This document shows positions 12,134-25,553 of a stretch of 64,000 bases of DNA, in pieces. Origin of the DNA: Penicillus capitatus (lineage: Eukaryota; Plantae; Chlorophyta); assembly GCA_965649825.1 (NCBI GenBank), contig OZ287694.1, positions 495,197 to 559,196 of the forward strand, given 5' to 3'. Below the pieces are notes generated by a model that saw only the letters and a list, made by a program, of their open reading frames with translations, was not told the origin of the DNA and ran no database searches. The number at the start of each line of letters is the position of its first letter. Within the stretch, counting starts at the first letter, position 1. A program made the position numbers and the translations under genes.

Positions 12134-13333
12134 GTTTTCGAACGCGAAAACAAAAGTCGAACAAAAAAACGAAAGTCGAACGCGAAATCTTCCATAAGGG
12201 AAAATACAAACAAATGTTTCCACCTCGCTTAAGGTATACGACCGTCTTTCACATTGCTGGAACAAGATTCGAGGTTAATTCCGTACAAAGGACCCATCAA
12301 CTCCACAATCTGTTAATAACAAAAGTGGCCTTAAGTTTGCCAGATCCTGTGTCTCCCTTGCCTTCACTCTATATATACTCTCTGTATGTCTACGATCTTC
12401 ACTGTCCCTAAAGCTAGGACAGATAGTGCCGTCTTAACGCATTGTAGCTTTGTTTTATTTAGAACACGTGAATGTAGTCGCTACTCTATATCCTTCATCT
12501 TATTCTAGGTACCTTGCAGCATTGCCACGTCTCGCTCTGGATTTCGCCTTTGCATTCGGGCATGGCAATTTGTTCTTAAAGCCGAGTCGCATTCATGTGC
12601 ACTATGTGGATATGCTGTCTTCCTTCGGCTAGCATGTCCCTCCAAGGATCTTTGACAATAAATACTGTCCACTGGTGTATGTCTGAATATCATCATCCTA
12701 ATCTCTTTCATTTCATCTTCTTTTTAGAAAAAAGCATGTCTAGCATTCTAACTCTATTGCACAATGCACTTCGAGTCGATGACGAGATCAGCCTTCGTTT
12801 TTACTCGGATGACTTGTTCGTGAAACGGAACACACGCTTTATGTTCCCTTTACCGGCGCCGATCGAGCTGTGAATGATGTACAGCGACTCGCACGAGAAC
12901 AACCATAAACGATTTGTATCTTCAGGTGTTGGAATCTATCGTAGTGATCGGTATTCGATGCGTCGACATGCTTACTCGTACATTCTTCGATGACGATAAG
13001 TCAGGCGATACCGTCGCGAATGATACTCTATTGCTTGCCAGACTGCAGTGCGAATGCAATGTCACTTGAGCCAAAAAGTAGTGTTGCGCAAAGAGGCTTC
13101 TCTGGAAACTCATTCGAGCCGAAGCGCGTGTCGGCAGTGGACATTGAAAACGGCGCTTTCGTATATCCGCGGATTCTAAATGGTTACCCTATGGTTGCGG
13201 TATCCTTTTGGACGCGTATCCGTCTGTGCCGCGGTACAAAGAAACGTTCCGCGGAGCGAAAAGAAGTTTTGCTCGGCTTTTTGTGCACCGACGCGCAGAC
13301 TTCGAGAAGACACGTACACAAATGACCGTTTCG

Positions 13334-14406
13334 ATGATGGCTGTAACCAAAGCCATTTCCCTTCTAGTGCTCTTGCGAAAAATCTAGACTTCGTTTAACA
13401 TTGCGTGTTGCTCAGGGGATTATCGCAACCCGATGCGCCGTATCGGCATTAGCACGTTCGTCGCGATTTCTTCCTAAATTGTGTGCTAACCTGTCTGTGA
13501 CTGCAGCTTACAAGGATGAGTGGCGAACAGATGTAGTTCGTTTCCTTCCGAAAACAGATATTACCAAATATCATTGTCGACTGTCTGCAGGTGTCGGCAA
13601 CGGGCAGGTCTCTGATGGAGGCCTGCAGTGGACAGGAAGAATGCCTACCACAGAAATTAGTGGAGCTGACCAGTTTTCCTAGCGCTGTGGCGTTCGTTGC
13701 AGAAGAATTCGATTCAGAATCAATGACGTGGAACTTTGCAAGTGCATCTTTGGAATCTGTGATGAGCCACAGTCAAGATGCCGTTTCATGTGATGCTGCG
13801 GCAACGCTCGAAGCCGCTCATGAAGAACACGATGAGAGCATGGACCAAGAAAAGAACGTAGAAGAAGAGATGTCGTCCACAGTGGCTGTTGAGTATTTCG
13901 GCGGACATCTTCGCGACGCTGTTGGACAGCAGACAGTTGATCCGACCATCCTAATCGCAGAACCGTCTCTGATCTCTATGTTTGCACAAGCTTCTGCGAT
14001 TGCCAGCGATTTTATCTTCGATGATGCGATTGGACTGGAGGAAGTGATGAGAACGGTGGCCTCAGATCATGCTTCTGAATCACTTATGGCACAGGAGATA
14101 GTCCGCGTGACTGATGCAGTCGCGACAATTGAAGCAGTAGTGTCGGAACTAGCAGCAGAATCGGCCGTCGCGTCAGAAGACGCACCAGAATCGGACATAG
14201 CACCAGAATCGGTCGCCCTATTAGAATCAGTTCCCCAGCAACCTCCTGTGGCTAGCACTCCTCAAAATGGACCCAGGAATTCTCCGAAAGCGCCTAGAGA
14301 CGATTTCCCAATTAGAACAAAGGGACAACCTGCAGTTACCTCGAAAAGAGACCCCGGACCTGGCTTGGGAGATCTCATCTCTACAACGACACCGCATATT
14401 AACTGA
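13334..14406 (+). CDS. Acidic secreted protein family member A (4 exons)
   Basis: Exons 13334-13366, 13416-13455, 13507-13532 and 13591-14406 splice in frame to MMAVTKAISLL-GIIATRCAVSALAP-YKDEWRTD-VSATGRSLMEACSGQEEC..., a signal-peptide-like start followed by an E/D/S/A-rich body. Confidence 0.7.
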
Positions 14407-16606
14407 ATCCCACTAAATCAAAACTCGTCGAAAAAACAAATACAGTTATGTTGTTACTGCGATCACGATGCACGTCATCGCATTCACTCCGACCCAAGTT
14501 TATGATTCATTAGCGTAACAGAACCTTAGTTTACAATGTCGAGACGGTTTGAACAATTCATAGCATTCAATCGGCGAAGCGCGAGCCACCGCACAAAGAA
14601 GTGTCATTTACATCAGGAAATTTCATTGAACGGATGAAAGAAAACGCACAGGTTTATGATCCGACACCCTACGAAAAGATGTACTGGACCAAAGTAAGGT
14701 TTAGGCCTCTACGACATGAACACACTCGGATCAACAATGCCATCTCTTCCGTGCTCTCTACCGCAGAGATAGAGAGTGTGCAACAGACATTGCGATCCCG
14801 AGCTTGTTTATCGCTCACTGGATGACATGAGGCTGTTCGCGTAGAGATAAAAACAGAACATCTCCCCTGTATTGTAAGAGTATCAATTTACGCCAACTTG
14901 GATCGATTGGTCAAGGATAGAGAACCTGCAAGATGATGCAAACAATCCTTAGAAGCAGAAAGGCAAAGGATGATTTCTCCATTCATCGACTCTAATTGGC
15001 TGAGAAATATCGCGAGCATGAAATGTAGTGATGCGATGAATTGCCATTCTCACCTAAAGAGGTGGTAACCTCTTTTGGAGAAAACAGAGAGAGGTCGTGC
15101 ATCCCTGACATTCAGTTCTCCTTTGATGTGACAGGCCGCGTCGATCTGCCTAGCGAAGGACACGACGAAGGTCACATCCGAACAGCAGCATCGCACAGCC
15201 AGTATAACATCTGCTGTCCTGGCATCTTGCTTTACGAGGTACTGAATCCACGAGCACAAGGATAGATAGTGGGATCGCCCTCGATGATAACAGGTATGCC
15301 AAGATGATCTGGGGGTCCCTCTTGTTCACTGATTAGATAGACACGACGATGCTCGAAGCCATGAGTGGTCTGAGGATATCGAGACGTCTTCCTTGGCAGG
15401 CAAACAAGTCAATCGTGCAAAGCGAGAGCCCAACGTCTTACGTTCCGTCATCTGCATCAGCAGAATCGACGGTGTACCGACAGTTTGTTCGTTCAGCGTT
15501 ACGGTTCAGACGAACTTCGTTCTTGGACACGGTCGCCCACGAGCGACGTGCACGCTAAGACAAGAACAGCACCTGGACTATAGTCAAGATTGATGCGTTG
15601 CATCGTCGTCAACCCATCGCGGCTGCTGAAAAGATTTTCCATGCAACACATCGTTCGACATGCAAGACAGAATAAAAGAATAACCGAAAGGGCAGGAAAG
15701 ACGAGTACGAACGGTAGGGTTAAGTCTCAAGCCGATGCTCTTATCCTCCGTTTGTTTTCTGACTCGTCATACAGGACTGCCCAGAACACAGCCCGTTATC
15801 TCTTCATTGATTGCTTGCTATCTGACTAAAAAGTAGGACCAGTCTGTGTGTGATCAAGGCAACCATTTTGCTACCGTCAGAACGGCGACATTCTATTCAG
15901 ATGCAGAGCTAGATGAGTTGAGTTGTTTTAGATGTCTAGTCAAATGGGTCATTCTAGGCGGCGATCGGTTGACTGTACGAAATCTGAGCGCTGGTGACAG
16001 TGTTACGCATTTTCCGATGCCATGATCATTCTGCGCAACGGAAAGTGCACCAGAAGCAAATGGTACGGCGAAGGATGTTGATAGATTGCGTTGTTGAACA
16101 ACGGCCTTGTCAGTTCGGTTATGCTTCGGTAGTAAGTTGCACTCACTTAAGTTAGGAAAGGAACAAAGTCGGCAAACTCCTTCTGCGGCTGGGAAACAAG
16201 TCATCAAGAAACCTTACCATCTAATACCAATCATACCAAAGACCGTATGAAAAGGCAGTGTGAAATGCCCTACAAGGATACACTTTTAGTGTCGACATGT
16301 AACATGGTCAATTGGATGGACTGATATAGGCATCGTTCTCTACAATAACGCCAACGCATAAACGCACCTCGGAGACTTTCAGAAGTATATACCGAATTCT
16401 TGTTCTTGGTTATCTGTTTCTTTCTCATTGCGTTTTGTGAAAAAATACAAGAGTCGGATCGATGGCCGATCGCAGACTTGGCGTAAGGAAGGTACAATGC
16501 GCACGTCAGAAGTGTGAGCATGAATGGTGAATTCTCCGCTCGCGGATCAATAATCCATCCAGAGTGAACAGAAGTGAAAGACGTCTGGCTCGGCAGATAT
16601 ACAACG

Positions 16607-18363
16607 AAGAGCTGGAAGCCCACGATAGTCGAATACGAGTTAACACGATCCATTGTGTCACATGACAAATACTGTCACGGGAAGACGCTCTGGCATAACA
16701 TGCGTCTGGCCCCATTCCTGCCAGACGACACTGGTATTCAGCATCCCGATAGAGGTTTTAGCAATGCTTCGTCGTGTCCAAGAGATATCCGACAGAAGCC
16801 TTACGATGGTTAGCAGCGTGTGTGGCTGTATGGAATCGCGGTCGTGGCGATGCGTGGCAAACCGTCGTACGAATAAATCGTCTGGCGACCATTGATTCGT
16901 GTCTTTTGTGTTCGTCTGCTTTGTTCCTCTCCGACTGAGCTGCAAACCACTGCGACTTGTGTGCGGACCACCTTCCTGTTGTTCGTGCGTTGGTTCGGCG
17001 ACGCAGTACACGTCCTTCAAACCGATCGCAGAAGGCGGAGCAGAACGCAGTCGGAGGTTTGTCGACGGAGGTCGTCTGTTGTTTTCCGCAGTGATCCGAC
17101 CCGCCCGGAGAGAACGACGACGAGCAGTGGAACCACGAGCGCGGAGGACGACGTGTACTGCGAAGTTTGCGTCCGAAGAAAAGCAAACTCCTAACCGACG
17201 CGTTAGAAACCGAGGGGTCGTGCGTCGACTTTCCATGCAAGTAGGCTCTCCTTCGACCGCGCATCGTCTAAGCACGTTTGTTTCTTCAAGGAGGCTCTGA
17301 GGCTCGTTGATTCCCGAGCGACTGCGATACCGCCCAACGAACAACGTGAAAAGGGTACCATCACCGCGCACAACATCCTCAGGCGAAAAGGGCACCATTA
17401 CAGTTTCCCTGCCAGCGGCGCCCTCGGGAAATCCACGTGAGCCGAGTTAGCCATCGCACCCAGGGGTCAACGCATGGTTGTGTGTTTCAGATGCAGCTGT
17501 CACCTGGTGGTGGCACCTGGCCGAGGCAGCTCTGCGGTGGGATAGGCGGAGTATGCGTGGACGTGGCGTCGTTCTGAAGCGCTGGGCCCGGTCCAAGCCC
17601 CTCGCGTTCGGATCTGTCGCCGGTACCTTGAAGGATGCTGGCTTTGGAGGCCCCCACTCAGGACCCGCGTTTCCCTTTTTTCTGTAAGGGTCTCTTGTTA
17701 GAGTCTTTTCTTTCGTCCTGAGTGGGTTTTTCATTTCGCCGTGTTAGCCAGTAGTTTTTTAGTACTTTGTTAGACCCTGCTCTTTCTGTTCTCCTTTCTG
17801 TGTTTAGTATAGAACCTTTCTTGACTGTGTCTTTTATTTCACTTCACTTCTATGTGTGCTCTGGCGACCTTTCTGTCGCGTTTAATTTGTTCATGTTTAT
17901 TGTTTCCCAATTTTGTTTTGTCTCATTCCCTGTGCTTGCCTGTTTGTTACTGTGATGTCTGGGCTTGAGACCGGCCACCTGCCTTCTTGACTGTGTGTTT
18001 CTCTGTTCGTGTTTTATTGCATGTGTGTTTCTTCATCTATACTGCGTGTTTTGCTCTTTTCTGTCCCTTCTTTGTGTGTTTTTTTATTAGCGTGCGCGCC
18101 GCCTTCGCCTCCTTAGCTGACTCTGCAGGGGGAAAGCACAGTGAAGGTGTGGGGTGAGGCTTTGCACGGGTCGGTGTCCCTGTCGTGGATGGTGACAGAA
18201 GCGGGCCCTGCAAGCTTTCGCTACCCCCCAGGTCAGATCCCTACCTCTCTCGTATAGCATGACTCAGTATGTATGTGTCTGCCATTAGGCTGTGGGTCGG
18301 GTCGCCGTCCGCCTCCAATGGACAGCTGGCGATATACTTCACCCGAGGGCGCTGCACGGGCAG
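16607..18363. repeat. Repeat R, copy 2 (chimera of copy 3 left part and copy 1 right part)
   Basis: 16607-16840 is identical to copy 3. 17040-18363 is identical to copy 1. Confidence 0.9.
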
Positions 18364-18656
18364 AGGATAACCAATGAACAATTGGCGCCTTCTCACTGAT
18401 AAGTACACCAATCGTTTCTTTATGGCTGGCGGCGAAACTTTCACTGCCCCCTTCAGCTCTTCCTTGTGCCTGAATTAACACGTCTAAATTACTCATGTGC
18501 ATTGACTTCTGGAGAAGTTGGCACACTTTCCATGCGCTGCACATGCAAATTGATAGACAGTCTGTTGGTACGAAGGTCTAGACCCCAATACCCTTGTCTA
18601 AGCTGTACTTCCTATTCTTGATTCTTACATTCTGGGTTACATTTCCCGCATCTCTA

Positions 18657-19330
18657 CTATGCTCGTAAGATCATAAGTCGCCAGTTCCGCAGCGCATGGA
18701 AAACGTTTGGCTTTCTTGGAACTTTTGAGTTTCTTTGAGCAGGCTTTCTTAAGTTCTGCTTGCACTGAAATGCAGCCTGTCGTTTCTCCCTTGGTGCACC
18801 GAAGCGTTGTACTCTTTCCTTCCATAAGGGAGAGATACTTTGGAGGAGAGTGTTAATTGCAACGATAAGATCTTGAAGTTGACTCTCAATATTCTGGGCC
18901 GCAACTTGGAGAGCATTGTTTTCCTTTCGAAGTTTTTTAATGCCGTCTTCAATGCCTTTTAATGCCAGTAACTTTGCTTGCGGGTTCGCCGTTCTACTTA
19001 GTGCATCTTTTGCACTTTCGACTGTCTTATCTGCGTCAGAGACAATATCCGAGCTTCCTTCCTGATAAACCGTCGAGAGTCTATTGTCAACCTCGACGGA
19101 ACCTTAACCTCTCTCTGTTATAATGTAGCGTACGATAAAGACGCACTTAACAAATGATTCTTACCTCGGTTGCCTATTTCTCTTGCTACTGCAAAAATTC
19201 GGTATGTGATTTGACCGAGTCTAAACCCTTTTGCAGCTCCAAGCCACTTATCCATAAGGGCCCAAAGTTCGCGACACTTCAAAATATCGTCTGTCAGTTC
19301 GGCGATATCATCACGCGCTTTGCTTCCCAT
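18657..19330 (-). CDS. Hypothetical coiled-coil protein, tandem duplicate of 11460-12133
   Basis: Identical sequence at +7197. Confidence 0.6.
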
Positions 19331-20530
19331 GTTTTCGAACGCGAAAACAAAAGTCGAACAAAAAAACGAAAGTCGAACGCGAAATCTTCCATAAGGGAAA
19401 ATACAAACAAATGTTTCCACCTCGCTTAAGGTATACGACCGTCTTTCACATTGCTGGAACAAGATTCGAGGTTAATTCCGTACAAAGGACCCATCAACTC
19501 CACAATCTGTTAATAACAAAAGTGGCCTTAAGTTTGCCAGATCCTGTGTCTCCCTTGCCTTCACTCTATATATACTCTCTGTATGTCTACGATCTTCACT
19601 GTCCCTAAAGCTAGGACAGATAGTGCCGTCTTAACGCATTGTAGCTTTGTTTTATTTAGAACACGTGAATGTAGTCGCTACTCTATATCCTTCATCTTAT
19701 TCTAGGTACCTTGCAGCATTGCCACGTCTCGCTCTGGATTTCGCCTTTGCATTCGGGCATGGCAATTTGTTCTTAAAGCCGAGTCGCATTCATGTGCACT
19801 ATGTGGATATGCTGTCTTCCTTCGGCTAGCATGTCCCTCCAAGGATCTTTGACAATAAATACTGTCCACTGGTGTATGTCTGAATATCATCATCCTAATC
19901 TCTTTCATTTCATCTTCTTTTTAGAAAAAAGCATGTCTAGCATTCTAACTCTATTGCACAATGCACTTCGAGTCGATGACGAGATCAGCCTTCGTTTTTA
20001 CTCGGATGACTTGTTCGTGAAACGGAACACACGCTTTATGTTCCCTTTACCGGCGCCGATCGAGCTGTGAATGATGTACAGCGACTCGCACGAGAACAAC
20101 CATAAACGATTTGTATCTTCAGGTGTTGGAATCTATCGTAGTGATCGGTATTCGATGCGTCGACATGCTTACTCGTACATTCTTCGATGACGATAAGTCA
20201 GGCGATACCGTCGCGAATGATACTCTATTGCTTGCCAGACTGCAGTGCGAATGCAATGTCACTTGAGCCAAAAAGTAGTGTTGCGCAAAGAGGCTTCTCT
20301 GGAAACTCATTCGAGCCGAAGCGCGTGTCGGCAGTGGACATTGAAAACGGCGCTTTCGTATATCCGCGGATTCTAAATGGTTACCCTATGGTTGCGGTAT
20401 CCTTTTGGACGCGTATCCGTCTGTGCCGCGGTACAAAGAAACGTTCCGCGGAGCGAAAAGAAGTTTTGCTCGGCTTTTTGTGCACCGACGCGCAGACTTC
20501 GAGAAGACACGTACACAAATGACCGTTTCG

Positions 20531-21603
20531 ATGATGGCTGTAACCAAAGCCATTTCCCTTCTAGTGCTCTTGCGAAAAATCTAGACTTCGTTTAACATTG
20601 CGTGTTGCTCAGGGGATTATCGCAACCCGATGCGCCGTATCGGCATTAGCACGTTCGTCGCGATTTCTTCCTAAATTGTGTGCTAACCTGTCTGTGACTG
20701 CAGCTTACAAGGATGAGTGGCGAACAGATGTAGTTCGTTTCCTTCCGAAAACAGATATTACCAAATATCATTGTCGACTGTCTGCAGGTGTCGGCAACGG
20801 GCAGGTCTCTGATGGAGGCCTGCAGTGGACAGGAAGAATGCCTACCACAGAAATTAGTGGAGCTGACCAGTTTTCCTAGCGCTGTGGCGTTCGTTGCAGA
20901 AGAATTCGATTCAGAATCAATGACGTGGAACTTTGCAAGTGCATCTTTGGAATCTGTGATGAGCCACAGTCAAGATGCCGTTTCATGTGATGCTGCGGCA
21001 ACGCTCGAAGCCGCTCATGAAGAACACGATGAGAGCATGGACCAAGAAAAGAACGTAGAAGAAGAGATGTCGTCCACAGTGGCTGTTGAGTATTTCGGCG
21101 GACATCTTCGCGACGCTGTTGGACAGCAGACAGTTGATCCGACCATCCTAATCGCAGAACCGTCTCTGATCTCTATGTTTGCACAAGCTTCTGCGATTGC
21201 CAGCGATTTTATCTTCGATGATGCGATTGGACTGGAGGAAGTGATGAGAACGGTGGCCTCAGATCATGCTTCTGAATCACTTATGGCACAGGAGATAGTC
21301 CGCGTGACTGATGCAGTCGCGACAATTGAAGCAGTAGTGTCGGAACTAGCAGCAGAATCGGCCGTCGCGTCAGAAGACGCACCAGAATCGGACATAGCAC
21401 CAGAATCGGTCGCCCTATTAGAATCAGTTCCCCAGCAACCTCCTGTGGCTAGCACTCCTCAAAATGGACCCAGGAATTCTCCGAAAGCGCCTAGAGACGA
21501 TTTCCCAATTAGAACAAAGGGACAACCTGCAGTTACCTCGAAAAGAGACCCCGGACCTGGCTTGGGAGATCTCATCTCTACAACGACACCGCATATTAAC
21601 TGA
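20531..21603 (+). CDS. Acidic secreted protein family member A' (tandem duplicate)
   Basis: Identical to 13334-14406 at +7197. Confidence 0.7.
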
Positions 21604-23803
21604 ATCCCACTAAATCAAAACTCGTCGAAAAAACAAATACAGTTATGTTGTTACTGCGATCACGATGCACGTCATCGCATTCACTCCGACCCAAGTTTAT
21701 GATTCATTAGCGTAACAGAACCTTAGTTTACAATGTCGAGACGGTTTGAACAATTCATAGCATTCAATCGGCGAAGCGCGAGCCACCGCACAAAGAAGTG
21801 TCATTTACATCAGGAAATTTCATTGAACGGATGAAAGAAAACGCACAGGTTTATGATCCGACACCCTACGAAAAGATGTACTGGACCAAAGTAAGGTTTA
21901 GGCCTCTACGACATGAACACACTCGGATCAACAATGCCATCTCTTCCGTGCTCTCTACCGCAGAGATAGAGAGTGTGCAACAGACATTGCGATCCCGAGC
22001 TTGTTTATCGCTCACTGGATGACATGAGGCTGTTCGCGTAGAGATAAAAACAGAACATCTCCCCTGTATTGTAAGAGTATCAATTTACGCCAACTTGGAT
22101 CGATTGGTCAAGGATAGAGAACCTGCAAGATGATGCAAACAATCCTTAGAAGCAGAAAGGCAAAGGATGATTTCTCCATTCATCGACTCTAATTGGCTGA
22201 GAAATATCGCGAGCATGAAATGTAGTGATGCGATGAATTGCCATTCTCACCTAAAGAGGTGGTAACCTCTTTTGGAGAAAACAGAGAGAGGTCGTGCATC
22301 CCTGACATTCAGTTCTCCTTTGATGTGACAGGCCGCGTCGATCTGCCTAGCGAAGGACACGACGAAGGTCACATCCGAACAGCAGCATCGCACAGCCAGT
22401 ATAACATCTGCTGTCCTGGCATCTTGCTTTACGAGGTACTGAATCCACGAGCACAAGGATAGATAGTGGGATCGCCCTCGATGATAACAGGTATGCCAAG
22501 ATGATCTGGGGGTCCCTCTTGTTCACTGATTAGATAGACACGACGATGCTCGAAGCCATGAGTGGTCTGAGGATATCGAGACGTCTTCCTTGGCAGGCAA
22601 ACAAGTCAATCGTGCAAAGCGAGAGCCCAACGTCTTACGTTCCGTCATCTGCATCAGCAGAATCGACGGTGTACCGACAGTTTGTTCGTTCAGCGTTACG
22701 GTTCAGACGAACTTCGTTCTTGGACACGGTCGCCCACGAGCGACGTGCACGCTAAGACAAGAACAGCACCTGGACTATAGTCAAGATTGATGCGTTGCAT
22801 CGTCGTCAACCCATCGCGGCTGCTGAAAAGATTTTCCATGCAACACATCGTTCGACATGCAAGACAGAATAAAAGAATAACCGAAAGGGCAGGAAAGACG
22901 AGTACGAACGGTAGGGTTAAGTCTCAAGCCGATGCTCTTATCCTCCGTTTGTTTTCTGACTCGTCATACAGGACTGCCCAGAACACAGCCCGTTATCTCT
23001 TCATTGATTGCTTGCTATCTGACTAAAAAGTAGGACCAGTCTGTGTGTGATCAAGGCAACCATTTTGCTACCGTCAGAACGGCGACATTCTATTCAGATG
23101 CAGAGCTAGATGAGTTGAGTTGTTTTAGATGTCTAGTCAAATGGGTCATTCTAGGCGGCGATCGGTTGACTGTACGAAATCTGAGCGCTGGTGACAGTGT
23201 TACGCATTTTCCGATGCCATGATCATTCTGCGCAACGGAAAGTGCACCAGAAGCAAATGGTACGGCGAAGGATGTTGATAGATTGCGTTGTTGAACAACG
23301 GCCTTGTCAGTTCGGTTATGCTTCGGTAGTAAGTTGCACTCACTTAAGTTAGGAAAGGAACAAAGTCGGCAAACTCCTTCTGCGGCTGGGAAACAAGTCA
23401 TCAAGAAACCTTACCATCTAATACCAATCATACCAAAGACCGTATGAAAAGGCAGTGTGAAATGCCCTACAAGGATACACTTTTAGTGTCGACATGTAAC
23501 ATGGTCAATTGGATGGACTGATATAGGCATCGTTCTCTACAATAACGCCAACGCATAAACGCACCTCGGAGACTTTCAGAAGTATATACCGAATTCTTGT
23601 TCTTGGTTATCTGTTTCTTTCTCATTGCGTTTTGTGAAAAAATACAAGAGTCGGATCGATGGCCGATCGCAGACTTGGCGTAAGGAAGGTACAATGCGCA
23701 CGTCAGAAGTGTGAGCATGAATGGTGAATTCTCCGCTCGCGGATCAATAATCCATCCAGAGTGAACAGAAGTGAAAGACGTCTGGCTCGGCAGATATACA
23801 ACG

Positions 23804-25553
23804 AAGAGCTGGAAGCCCACGATAGTCGAATACGAGTTAACACGATCCATTGTGTCACATGACAAATACTGTCACGGGAAGACGCTCTGGCATAACATGC
23901 GTCTGGCCCCATTCCTGCCAGACGACACTGGTATTCAGCATCCCGATAGAGGTTTTAGCAATGCTTCGTCGTGTCCAAGAGATATCCGACAGAAGCCTTA
24001 CGATGGTTAGCAGCGTGTGTGGCTGTATGGAATCGCGGTCGTGGCGATGCGTGGCAAACCGTCGTACGAATAAATCGTCTGGCGACCATTGATTCGTGTC
24101 TTTTGTGTTCGTCTGCTTTGTTCCTCTCCGACTGAGCTGCAAACCACTGCGACTTGTGTGCGGACCACCTTCCTGTTGTTCGTGCGTTGGTTCGGCGACG
24201 CAGTACACGTCCTTCAAACCGATCGCAGAAGGCGGAACTCGAACGCAGTCGGAGGTTTGTCGACGGAGGTCGTCTGTTGTTTTCCGCAGTGATCCGACCC
24301 GCCCGGAGAGAACGACGACGGGCAGTGGAACCACGAGCGCGGAGGACGACGTGTACTGCGAAGTTTGCGTCCGAAGAAAAGCAAACTCCCAACCGACGCG
24401 TCAGAAACCGACGGGTCGTGCGTCGACTCTCCATGCAAGTAGGCTCTCCTGCGACCGCGCATCGTCTAAGCACGTTTGTTTCTTCAAGGAGGCTCTGAGG
24501 CCAATAGATTCCCGAGAGATTGCGATACCGCCCAACGAACAAGGCGAAAAGGGTACCATCACCGCGCACAACATCCTCAGGCGAAAAGGGCACCATTACA
24601 GTTTCCCTGCCAGCGGCGCCCTCGGGAAATCCACGTGAGCCGAGTTAGCCATCACATCCAGGGGTCAACGCATGGGCGTGTGTTTCAGATGCAGCTGTCA
24701 CCTGGTGGTGGCACCTGGCCGAGGCAGCTCTGCGGTGGGATAGGCGGAGTATGCGTGGACGTGGCGTCGTTCTGAAGCGCTGGGCCCGGTCCAAGCCCCT
24801 CGCGTTCGGATCTGTCGCCGGTACCTTGAAGGATGCTGGCTTTGGAGGCCCCCACTCAGGACCCGCGTTTCCCTTTTTTCTGTAAGGGTCTCTTGTTAGA
24901 GTCTTTTCTTTCGTCCTGAGTGGGTTTTTCATTTCGCCGTGTTAGCCAGTAGTTTTTTAGTACTTTGTTAGACCCTGCTCTTTCTGTTCTCCTTTCTGTG
25001 TTTAGTATAGAACCTTTCTTGATTGTGTTTTTTGATCACTTCACTTTTTTCTATGTGTGCTCTGGCGACCTTTCTGTCGCGTTTACTTTGTTCATGTTTA
25101 TTGTTTCCCAATTTTGTTTTTTCTCATTCCCTGTGTTTTCCTGTTTGTTGCTGTGCTGTTTGGGCTTGAGACCGGCCACCTGCCTTCTTGACTGTGTGTT
25201 TCTCTGTTCGTGTTTGACTGCATGTGTGTTTTGCTTTTTTTCTGTCCCTTCCTTGTGTGTTTTTTTATTAGCGTGCGCGCCGCCTTCGCCTCCTTAGCTG
25301 GCTCTGCAGGGGGAAAGCATGGTGAAGGTGTGGGGTGAGGCTTTGCACGGGTCGGTGTCCCTGTCGTGGATGGTGACAGAAGCGGGCCCTGCAAGCTTTC
25401 GCTACCCCCCAGGTCAGATCCCTACCTCTCTTCTCGCAACTCTACTCAATATGTGTGTCTGCCATTAGGCTGTGGGTCGGGTCGCCGTCCGCCTCCAATG
25501 GACAGCTGGCGATATACTTCACCCGAGGGCGCCGCACGGGCAGTGGAAACTAG
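23804..25553. repeat. Repeat R, copy 3 (diverged), abutting the truncated receptor pseudogene
   Basis: Multiple substitutions and indels versus copy 1 from 24237 onward. The right TIR ends at about 25553, directly against receptor coding sequence. Confidence 0.9.

Larger units (their letters stand above)
9644..24236. repeat. Tandem direct duplication, period 7,197 bp (9644-17039 = 16841-24236)
   Basis: All ORFs recur with identical translation at +7197 (e.g. 13591/20788, 11921/19118, 16270/23467). No differences in spot checks. Identity starts at 9644/16841 and ends at 17039/24236. Confidence 0.97.

Noticed and set aside
15900-16025. GGDRLTVRN resembling a transposase-associated GDQLT motif
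   Set aside because: A single short motif in a broken frame, which is insufficient evidence.
16570-16660. SDR-like RIRVNTIH motif in the left part of repeat R
   Set aside because: A short match followed by a stop or frameshift, with no other SDR motifs.
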